A stretch of DNA of 52,454 nucleotides from Betaproteobacteria bacterium (GTDB lineage Bacteria > Pseudomonadota > Gammaproteobacteria > Burkholderiales > SHXO01), in contig JANNFC010000121.1 in the NCBI GenBank assembly GCA_031379405.1, positions 1-52,454 on the forward strand, in the 5' to 3' direction. This document shows, one piece after another, positions 17,605 to 25,205 of this stretch. A program made the translations under genes and the position numbers. How positions within the stretch are numbered: the stretch's first letter is position 1; every line of letters starts with the position of its first letter. The notes beneath the pieces are model-generated. The model worked only from the letters and a program-made list of their open reading frames with translations, did no database searches and was not told the DNA's origin.

Positions 17605-18279
17605 ATGCTGATCTCCGTGGTGGTCTATGCCTTCATCTTCGGGTGGTGGTACGCAGTGGGGTTTGTCGCGTTGATTTTCGTGCACGAAATGGGACACTAC
17701 TTGGCCGCGCGGCGTCGCGGATTGGATGTGGGTGCGCCCACCTTCATTCCCTTCGTGGGGGCGTGGATTCAGCTCAAGGACCTTCCGCATGACGCAGAAA
17801 CCGAGGCCTATATCGGTCTCGCAGGACCGGTCGTGGGCACACTGGGAGCGCTGGCCTGTTACTTTTTTGCACGCAGTTACAACAGCGATCTTTTGCTGGC
17901 ACTTTCCTACTCCGGCTTCTTCCTCAACCTGTTCAATCTCATTCCCCTATCGCCGTTCGACGGTGGAAGAGTGACGGCGGTGATCTCGCCGAAATTGTGG
18001 CTGATCGGTGTGCCGATTCTGGTGGCCATGTTCTTCTACCGCCCCAGCCCGTTGTTGATTCTGATGGCGCTGCTCGCTGCACCGCAGGTATGGAAAGCCA
18101 TCAAATTCGATCCCAACGCGCCGGAGAATGCGGCCTATTACACTGTTTCCTCTCGCAAGCGCTGGGAATATGGGATTTGGTATGTCGGACTCGCGGTTTT
18201 TCTGGCCATCATGTCGCACGACGTACATGAGATGTTGCAGGGTGTACGCATGAGTCGTGGTGGCGCGGAGACGATGTAA
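17605..18279 (+). CDS. site-2 protease family (M50) zinc metalloprotease
   Basis: HEMGH zinc motif in TM helix 1, FIPFVGA, the NLIPLSPFDGG second motif, and multiple TM segments. Confidence 0.85.
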   Translation: MLISVVVYAFIFGWWYAVGFVALIFVHEMGHYLAARRRGLDVGAPTFIPFVGAWIQLKDLPHDAETEAYIGLAGPVVGTLGALACYFFARSYNSDLLLALSYSGFFLNLFNLIPLSPFDGGRVTAVISPKLWLIGVPILVAMFFYRPSPLLILMALLAAPQVWKAIKFDPNAPENAAYYTVSSRKRWEYGIWYVGLAVFLAIMSHDVHEMLQGVRMSRGGAETM

Positions 18280-18415
18280 CCAGCACTGTGCATACACATC
18301 GACCCGTGGGCGGGCCAGGGGAGGGGGCGGATGGGGATTCCCTATGCCGAGATACCCAGCCGCACAGGCGCCAGGGGCGCCTCATCATCGAACTGCAGGG
18401 CGCCTAGAGCGTGCC

Positions 18416-18991
18416 CTACGGCGCCAACACTTTCCACTGCTCCGCCCATAGTTCGGTCGGATCGCGCTTGAACCCACTCTTCGCAAATTGGTGCCAGCGG
18501 CCGACCACATAGCTCAACATCAAATTTGCGCGAATGCCGGCATCAGCGTCTTGCGAGATCTCGTTCTGGCTGGCAGCGAAGCGCAGGCTCTGCCTCAGAG
18601 TGCTTTCCAGCCGATCGTGCAGTTGGTTGATACGTTGTTGCAAGCGTTCGTGCTCGTTCACCAGCGCGTCTCCTATCAATACTCGGGTCATGCCGGGGTT
18701 CTTCTTGGCGAACGCCAGCAGCATGGAGAGTATGCCTTCTATCTGCTTCACGCCGCTTTGCGTTTCGGTGGTGATTTTGTTGACCAAACCGAAAATGGTC
18801 TCCTCGCTGAACTCGATCAAACCTTCGAACATCTGCGCCTTGCTGGCGAAGTGGCGATAAAGCGCGGCTTCGGAGACATCCAGCCTTGCCGCCAGGGAGG
18901 CCGTGGTGATCTTCTCCGGGTTGGGTTTCTCCAGCATCTCGGCGAGGGTGTGCAGGATTTGTAGTTTGCGTTCTCCGGGCTTGGCAGGCAT
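18416..18991 (-). CDS. slmA: nucleoid occlusion factor SlmA (TetR family)
   Basis: Collinear similarity to E. coli SlmA as I recall it (ILHTLAEMLE...ITTASLAARLDVSEAALYRHF.SKAQMFEGLIEF.E). 191 aa. The slmA/argB neighbourhood is conserved. Confidence 0.85.
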   Translation of the reverse strand: MPAKPGERKLQILHTLAEMLEKPNPEKITTASLAARLDVSEAALYRHFASKAQMFEGLIEFSEETIFGLVNKITTETQSGVKQIEGILSMLLAFAKKNPGMTRVLIGDALVNEHERLQQRINQLHDRLESTLRQSLRFAASQNEISQDADAGIRANLMLSYVVGRWHQFAKSGFKRDPTELWAEQWKVLAP

Positions 18992-19000
18992 GGCGCACCT

Positions 19001-20574
<1,574 letters not shown>

Positions 20575-20616
20575 CTACACAAGGTGGCCACCCACTTACA
20601 TGATGTGTCGGGACAA

Positions 20617-20645
20617 CAAAAAAGGCGGCCGAAGCCGCCTTTTTA
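20617..20645 (-). terminator. Rho-independent terminator downstream of the hsp20 gene (symmetrical, could act bidirectionally)
   Basis: AAAAAAA-GGCGGC-CGAA-GCCGCC-TTTTT: a GC stem with a tetraloop, flanked by an A-run and a T-run. Confidence 0.8.
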
Positions 20646-20674
20646 TGGGTTTGATGCCGACTACTTGGTTTCTA

Positions 20675-21097
20675 TTACTGAACGCTCACCTGACGCGTCG
20701 CCGCCGCCGCCTTTTTCGGCAGAACCAACTCCAGTACGCCATTTTCATATTTGGCGTGAGCCGACTCCTGGTCGACATCCTGAGCTAAGGCAAACGCTCT
20801 GTATACCCTGCCACTGTAGCGCTCGGAGCGCAGGACGCGCTCGTCACTGTTTTGTTCCGACTCGCGCTTAACCTCCGCCGAAATGGCAATTTGATTGCCC
20901 TCGACGGTTACTTGGATCTCTTCCTTCTTCACACCCGGAATTTCCGCGTGCACGGTGTAGGCCTTGGCGTCTTCCGTCACATCGACTTTCAGGCGCGGTG
21001 CCCCAGGGTCGTCGCGTGTCATCGGTCGTAACAAGAACCCTCTCATCAAATCGTCGAAGGCGTCTTCAAACGGATACCAACGTGCAACATTTGCCAT
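20675..21097 (-). CDS. Hsp20/alpha-crystallin family small heat shock protein
   Basis: Alpha-crystallin domain (VDV.ED...Y.V.AE.PGVKKEEI.V...GN...I..E...R.F.L.....E...A.Y.NGVLEL.LPK); 140 aa. Confidence 0.9.
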   Translation of the reverse strand: MANVARWYPFEDAFDDLMRGFLLRPMTRDDPGAPRLKVDVTEDAKAYTVHAEIPGVKKEEIQVTVEGNQIAISAEVKRESEQNSDERVLRSERYSGRVYRAFALAQDVDQESAHAKYENGVLELVLPKKAAAATRQVSVQ

Positions 21098-21140
21098 GAT
21101 TTGTTCCCTTTTAACTCAGCTGGCGCGGCGCGCCCATGCT

Positions 21141-21172
21141 TGCTAAATGCGCTCAAGTCGCGAAATTTCAAG
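21141..21172 (-). promoter_or_regulatory. putative sigma-32 (heat shock) promoter for the hsp20 gene
   Basis: The minus strand reads CTTGAA-N14-GCGCATTT, versus the consensus CTTGAA-N13-15-CCCCATNT. It lies about 45 nt upstream of the hsp20 ATG. Confidence 0.45.
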
Positions 21173-21233
21173 TGTTGTCGCTTGCAATAAGCGGAACAAC
21201 GTCCTAGATTCCCGCCTTGACTCCATCGACTCT

Positions 21234-21507
21234 GTGAGGGTGGCTGCGCCCGATTCCGGTCACTCGGATCCAAAAGGTGTTGAGCGGTACCGAGACTATT
21301 TGTATCGCTACGCTTTACTTCGCCTACGCGACGAAGCGCGCGCGGAAGACGTCGTGCAGGAAACTCTGCTCGACGCTATTCAGAGCGACGCTCTTCGCTG
21401 GCAAGTCGTCCCTGAAGACCTGGCTCACCGGAATTCTCAAGCACAAGATCATCGACACCTATCGCCGCCATCCCGCCAGAAAGGATGAAGACGAGGATCG
21501 GTTGTAA
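21234..21507 (+). pseudogene. ECF-type sigma-70 family sigma factor remnant (frameshifted, lacks region 4)
   Basis: One frame gives ERYRDYLYRYALLRLRDEARAEDVVQETLLDAIQS (region 2.1/2.2). The continuation, TLFAGKSSLKTWLTGILKHKIIDTYRR (region 2.3/2.4), is in the +1 frame from about 21388. A stop at 21505-21507 follows an acidic linker. No region 4 and no anti-sigma gene follow. Confidence 0.7.
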
Positions 21508-21585
21508 AGCGGCCAGGCCACACGTTCTTCGCCCAAGGGATACAAAACACACGTTACACACCCAAACTTAGCCCGCTCGACTCAC

Positions 21586-21610
21586 ATCCAGCATAATAGC
21601 TCCGCCGTAT
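21586..21610 (+). promoter_or_regulatory. ATCCAGC-N13-CGTAT motif upstream of precursor gene 1 (candidate ECF-type promoter)
   Basis: Identical 7-mer and 5-mer, at identical spacing, to the motif at 23892-23916 upstream of precursor gene 2. xxATCC-N16-CGTAT has the geometry of ECF -35/-10 elements with a CGT -10 core. Confidence 0.5.
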
Positions 21611-21691
21611 AAGCCATACGGTGCGTGCACCGTGTGCCCTCGCACGCGAGTGGCAACGCCAACCAAACTAACCTAAATTGGAGATCAGACC

Positions 21692-22021
21692 ATGACTCGG
21701 AACAAAGCATTGACTCTCGCACTTGGCACCGCCTTCGCCGCGACCCTTGTTGCCTCCCCCGTATTGCGCGCTGCGGATAACCCCTTCGAGATGGAGTCCA
21801 TCAAGAGCGGCTTCCAGGTAGCGGACAACAAGGGTAAGGAAGGCGCCTGTGGCGGCGACAAGAAGAAAGAGGGCGCTTGCGGCGGTGATAAGGCCAAGGA
21901 CGGCGCTTGCGGCGGCGACAAGAAAAAAGAGGGCGCCTGCGGCGGTGATAAGAAGAAAGAGGGCGCCTGTGGCGGTGATAAGAAGAAAGAGGGTGCCTGT
22001 GGTGGAGACAAGGGCAAGTAA
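21692..22021 (+). CDS. secreted repeat-type RiPP precursor: signal peptide plus six KEGACGGDKK repeats (EGxCG, HvfA-like metallophore precursor)
   Basis: GGAGA Shine-Dalgarno sequence upstream. Sec signal peptide MTRNKALTLALGTAFAATLVASPVLRA/AD. Six in-frame 10-aa repeats, each with a single Cys. Lies immediately upstream of the DUF692 and DUF2063 genes. Confidence 0.8.
   Translation: MTRNKALTLALGTAFAATLVASPVLRAADNPFEMESIKSGFQVADNKGKEGACGGDKKKEGACGGDKAKDGACGGDKKKEGACGGDKKKEGACGGDKKKEGACGGDKGK
21836..22015 (+). repeat. 6 x 30-bp in-frame tandem repeat encoding K(E/D)GACGGDK(K/A/G)
   Basis: Read directly. The copies differ mainly at synonymous third positions (TGT/TGC, GGC/GGT, GAC/GAT, AAG/AAA). 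Confidence 0.95.
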
Positions 22022-22225
22022 CAACGCTTTAGGCGCTTAGGGGCCAAGGGTTGACAGAACTGGCGAAGACAATGATGCGACGATACTTTCCCCCGGGGGT
22101 CTACAAGGGGGCCACCCTCTGTTCATTCCTGGGGGATAAACAAGGGGGTGCTCCTCCTGTTCGTAGCAAGCATTTTGGCCGCACAGTCTCGACTGTCTTG
22201 GCTCCGGCGAGGCCAGCTTAAGTTT

Positions 22226-23092
22226 ATGGCCGGACCCCGGAACAACCCCGCGGGCGTGCAAGGCGCGGGGTTGGGTCTGCGGCGGGAATTGATTCCGTCG
22301 CTCAAAACCGCAGTCCCCAACGCCATCCAGTTTTTCGAGCTTGCCCCGGAAAACTGGATGGAGATGGGTGGGTCGAGCGCAAAGAACTTGCGCTTTTTCA
22401 GTGAGCGCTACCGCTTGACTTGCCACGGACTGTCGCTTTCCCTTGGCGGTCCTCAACCTCTCAATGAAGTGTTTCTCACGCGCGTGAAGCGCTTCCTGCG
22501 CGAGCACGATGTGGCGTTATATTCCGAGCACCTCGCCTACACCACGGACGAAGGTTATCTTTACGACCTGTTGCCGATCCCGTTCACGTCTGAAGCGGTG
22601 CGCTATGTCGCCGAGCGCATCAAGCGCACGCAAGACATTCTCGAACGCCGCATCGCCGTGGAGAACGCTTCCTACTACGTTGAAGCGCCGATTAGCGAAA
22701 TGAGCGAACTGGAGTTCGTGAACGCGGTATTAAGCGAAGCGGACTGTTGGCTGCATCTGGACGTGAATAACGTGTACGTGAATAGCGTAAATCACGCGTT
22801 CGATCCGCTCACATTCCTGCGTGGGTTGCCCGCGGAAAGAGTGGTCTACCTGCACATGGCCGGTCATTACAAAGAGGCGGACGATCTCCTGGTGGACACC
22901 CACGGCGCCGATGTGATCGATCAGGTTTGGTCACTGCTAGGGGTCACTTACGCCTTGTTCGGTGCCAAGCCTACGCTGTTGGAACGGGACTACAACATCC
23001 CGCCGCTCAAGGATCTTGCCCTGGAAGTGGAGCGCATCGCCCAAATGCAACGTCCGTACGCGCAGCAACAGCATGTCCGCAGCGCGTCCTGA
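22226..23092 (+). CDS. DUF692 family multinuclear non-heme iron oxidase (MNIO; MbnB/HvfB/BufB-like RiPP maturase), cassette 1
   Basis: GLGLRRE N-terminus, HGLSLSLGG, SEHLAY, VENASYY, LDVNNVYVNS, HMAGH, DTHGADV and TLLERD are the DUF692 TIM-barrel metal-ligand pattern. 288 aa from ATG 22226; the ORF track opens at GTG 22148. Confidence 0.85.
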   Translation: MAGPRNNPAGVQGAGLGLRRELIPSLKTAVPNAIQFFELAPENWMEMGGSSAKNLRFFSERYRLTCHGLSLSLGGPQPLNEVFLTRVKRFLREHDVALYSEHLAYTTDEGYLYDLLPIPFTSEAVRYVAERIKRTQDILERRIAVENASYYVEAPISEMSELEFVNAVLSEADCWLHLDVNNVYVNSVNHAFDPLTFLRGLPAERVVYLHMAGHYKEADDLLVDTHGADVIDQVWSLLGVTYALFGAKPTLLERDYNIPPLKDLALEVERIAQMQRPYAQQQHVRSAS

Positions 23093-23846
23093 ACGGCCGT
23101 CTTTCCAGCGCTATCAAGCAAGCTTTACGGCGCATATTCGTGACCCGAAGGCCAATCCCCGGCCGGCAGGCGTCAGCGCGCGGCGCATGCGTGTGTACAA
23201 CGAGTTACTGTTCAACAACGTGGAAAGCTTCCTTCTGGCGTGCTTTCCCATCACCCGAGAAATTCTGGGCGTTAGACGCTGGTCCAAGCTGGCGCGTGAG
23301 TTCTTCGCCCGTCACAAGTGCCAGTCACCGTTGTTTCGCCAGATACCGGAGGAGTTCGTCCGTTTTCTTCAATCCCGGCGCACGCTACCCATGGAACCGG
23401 TCTTCCTCGCCCACTTCGCCCACTACGAGTGGGTCGAGTTGGAGGTGGATATCTCCTCGGCAGAGCCGGACTGGGATCGCATCGATCGGGAAGGCGACCT
23501 TATACAGGGCTGTCCCGTGCTCAATGGCGCGCTTCGGGTGCTGGAGTATCCCTTCCAGGTCCATCGCATCGGGCCAAAGTTTCAACCCAAGGTGCTCGAC
23601 CCGGAGCCCACGCGCATCGTCGTATTCCGCAATCAGGACGACATGGTTCGGTTCGTCGTCATCAATGCTGTCACTGGGCGCTTGCTGGCGCTTATTTTGG
23701 AGAGGGAAGTCACCGGGGAGCAAGCCTGCCTGCAAATTGCGCAAGAGCTTGGTCATCCCAATCCACCGGCTGTTGTTGCGGGTGGCCGCGACATTTTGCA
23801 GGGACTCCGAGAGCAGGGCGCGATCCTGGGTGCTAGGCGTAAATGA
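23073..23846 (+). CDS. DUF2063 domain protein (HvfC/BufC-like MNIO partner), cassette 1
   Basis: FQ..F...IRDP, VYNELLFNNVESFL...FP and F..F....P pattern typical of the DUF2063 N-terminal domain. ATG 23073 overlaps the end of the MNIO gene by 20 nt. Confidence 0.75.
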   Translation: MSAARPERPSFQRYQASFTAHIRDPKANPRPAGVSARRMRVYNELLFNNVESFLLACFPITREILGVRRWSKLAREFFARHKCQSPLFRQIPEEFVRFLQSRRTLPMEPVFLAHFAHYEWVELEVDISSAEPDWDRIDREGDLIQGCPVLNGALRVLEYPFQVHRIGPKFQPKVLDPEPTRIVVFRNQDDMVRFVVINAVTGRLLALILEREVTGEQACLQIAQELGHPNPPAVVAGGRDILQGLREQGAILGARRK

Positions 23847-23891
23847 GCATGCACGCCGGTTTCGAAAGGTTTAATCTCCTGGGGCGAGTGA

Positions 23892-23916
23892 ATCCAGCCA
23901 GCCTCCGAAATCGTAT
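23892..23916 (+). promoter_or_regulatory. ATCCAGC-N13-CGTAT motif upstream of precursor gene 2 (candidate ECF-type promoter)
   Basis: Same motif and spacing as 21586-21610. It lies about 112 nt upstream of ATG 24029. Confidence 0.5.
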
Positions 23917-24028
23917 GTCCAGCAGGCGGCCTAGAGAGTCAAGCCCGACGATCTCTTGCGCCGTCCTGGTTAGTGTAGTGAGTACATCAGGCCTCGTCGG
24001 GCGTGATTTCCCCATTCGGAGAGAGCCA

Positions 24029-24286
24029 ATGACTACCAATACGAAACGAACCGGTGTCGCCCTCGCGGCCGCCGCCGCCGCCCTGTTTATGTCCGGTTGC
24101 GCCAGTACCGGCGGCGGCGAGAGCGCAACTGCCGCCAAAGTAATGTGCGGCGGTGTGAATGCCTGTAAGGCCCAAGGCGATTGCAAGACAGCCAGTAACG
24201 GATGCAAGGGCCAGAATGCCTGCAAGGGCCAAGGCGTCGTACAGTTGTCCAAGGATGCTTGCGTTCAGCAAGGCGGAAGGGTCTAA
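24029..24286 (+). CDS. bufferin-like Cys-rich RiPP precursor (6 Cys in the mature part) with a probable lipoprotein signal peptide
   Basis: GGAGAG Shine-Dalgarno sequence 5 nt upstream. MTTNTKRTGVALAAAAAALFMSG/C lipobox-like signal. The mature region has duplicated G-x-N-A-C-K-x-Q-G modules (CGGVNACKAQGDC...CKGQNACKGQG) and a C-terminal C..QGG. Lies directly upstream of the second DUF692/DUF2063 pair. 85 aa. Confidence 0.8.
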   Translation: MTTNTKRTGVALAAAAAALFMSGCASTGGGESATAAKVMCGGVNACKAQGDCKTASNGCKGQNACKGQGVVQLSKDACVQQGGRV

Positions 24287-24292
24287 GTCCCT

Positions 24293-24331
24293 AAAGAACG
24301 GGCTCTGCACAGGAACAGAGCCTGTTCTTTT
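24293..24331 (+). terminator. stem-loop with T-rich 3' side between precursor 2 and its MNIO gene (candidate attenuator or partial terminator)
   Basis: AAAGAACGGGCTCTG-CACAGGAA-CAGAGCCTGTTCTTT(T): a 15-bp stem with one G-U pair. The GC core is followed by TTCTTTT. It starts 7 nt after the precursor stop codon. Confidence 0.5.
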
Positions 24332-24338
24332 CCACGTT

Positions 24339-25205
24339 ATGAATCCGCCTTCCCAGTCTTTGACGCGGCCGAGCCTTGGCTTCGGGCTGGGTCTGCGCAC
24401 GGACCACTACGAGGACATCCTCAATAGCCATCCGCAGGTGGATTGGCTGGAGGTGATCTCCGAAAACTATCTTATCCCAGGCGGAAAACCGCTCTATTTC
24501 CTGGACCGAATCCGCGCCGAATATCCCTGCGTGATGCACGGGGTGTCGCTGTCCATTGGCAGTGTCGATCCTCTGGATCGAGAATACCTGATGCAGCTCA
24601 AGGCGCTCGCACAGCGCATCGAACCCGCGTGGATCTCTGATCACTTGTGCTGGACGGGGATGGCTGGAAAGAATTCGCACGACCTACTCCCGCTGCCGTA
24701 CACCGAAGAAGCTCTCAAGCATATCGCCCAGAAAGTGCGGCAACTACAAGATTTTCTTGGGCGGCGCATTCTGCTGGAAAACGTGTCGAGTTACGTGAGC
24801 TACAAGGAATCGACCCTTACGGAGTGGGAATTCCTGAGCGCTTTGACGCGGGAAGCCGATTGCCTACTGCTGCTCGACGTCAACAACATCTACGTTTCTG
24901 CCTTCAACCATCAGTTCGACGCGGAAGAGTTTCTGCGTGGCGTGCCTGCTGAGCGGGTGCAACAGATCCATCTAGCAGGTCACAGCGACTGCGGCGACCA
25001 CCTCATCGACACTCACGACGCCGATATCATCGATCCGGTGTGGGCGCTTTACGGCAAGGCCATCGAACTGCTGGGCCCCGTTTCCACCATGATCGAGCGT
25101 GACGACCACATTCCGCCGCTGGCCGATCTGGTGGCCGAATTGAGCATCGCGCGCGGCATGTTGGATAAGTCGTTACACAAGGCGCCGCAACAGGTGGCGG
25201 CATGA
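24339..25205 (+). CDS. DUF692 family multinuclear non-heme iron oxidase (MNIO; BufB-like RiPP maturase), cassette 2
   Basis: GFGLGLRTDH, HGVSLSIGS, SDHLCW, LENVSSY, LDVNNIYVSA, HLAGH, DTHDADI and MIERDD. 288 aa from ATG 24339, the same length as the cassette 1 paralog. Confidence 0.88.
   Translation: MNPPSQSLTRPSLGFGLGLRTDHYEDILNSHPQVDWLEVISENYLIPGGKPLYFLDRIRAEYPCVMHGVSLSIGSVDPLDREYLMQLKALAQRIEPAWISDHLCWTGMAGKNSHDLLPLPYTEEALKHIAQKVRQLQDFLGRRILLENVSSYVSYKESTLTEWEFLSALTREADCLLLLDVNNIYVSAFNHQFDAEEFLRGVPAERVQQIHLAGHSDCGDHLIDTHDADIIDPVWALYGKAIELLGPVSTMIERDDHIPPLADLVAELSIARGMLDKSLHKAPQQVAA

Noticed and set aside
17360-17611. Possible 83-codon TTG-initiated ORF (SAVITYDWPALFLCLAASAQVKPAHG...) filling the cupin-M50 spacer, with a signal-peptide-like hydrophobic stretch
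   Set aside because: It has no positively charged n-region, no Shine-Dalgarno sequence and a weak start codon. Its C-terminus is Arg/Ser-rich, as in off-frame GC-rich sequence. I kept it only as a note because the 240-nt gap is otherwise unexplained.
18330-18415. GGCGCC-AGGG-GCGCC hairpin and neighbouring GC palindromes between the M50 gene and slmA, considered as a terminator or small RNA
   Set aside because: It has a short stem, no U-tract on either strand and no conservation evidence, so it is not supportable as a feature.
21836-22015. A regular 30-bp periodic array that could be mistaken for a mini-CRISPR or a non-coding minisatellite
   Set aside because: There are no unique spacers between the units. 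The units are contiguous, in frame, and conserved at the amino-acid level with synonymous variation. This is a coding repeat.
21668-22047. Two minus-strand ORFs (118 and 120 aa) with striking repeats (PPQAPSFFLS... and LLITA(T/A)GALF...)
   Set aside because: They are the antisense readings of the 6 x 30-bp repeat inside the plus-strand precursor gene. The plus-strand ORF has a Shine-Dalgarno sequence, a signal peptide and the operon context; the antisense ORFs have none.
22072-22221. 49-codon ATG ORF (MMRRYFPPGVYKGATLCSF...) in the precursor 1 / MNIO 1 spacer, considered as an extra precursor peptide
   Set aside because: It has no Shine-Dalgarno sequence, no signal peptide and only one Cys. 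Its composition is dictated by the G/C-tract DNA. It is more likely a non-coding structured spacer, though it cannot be fully excluded without conservation data.
22927-23874. 315-aa ORF and the parallel 172-aa ORF (23318-23836), in alternative plus-strand frames
   Set aside because: These are Arg/Ser/Pro-rich, low-complexity translations typical of off-frame reading of GC-rich genes. They are fully covered by the DUF692/DUF2063 genes, which have recognisable family motifs.
23943-24002. 9-bp inverted repeat GCCCGACGA ... TCGTCGGGC with a 42-nt loop in the 5' leader of precursor 2, considered as a riboswitch-like or regulatory structure
   Set aside because: It is a single short stem with a long loop, and no comparable structure exists upstream of precursor 1. 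That is insufficient evidence without covariation data.
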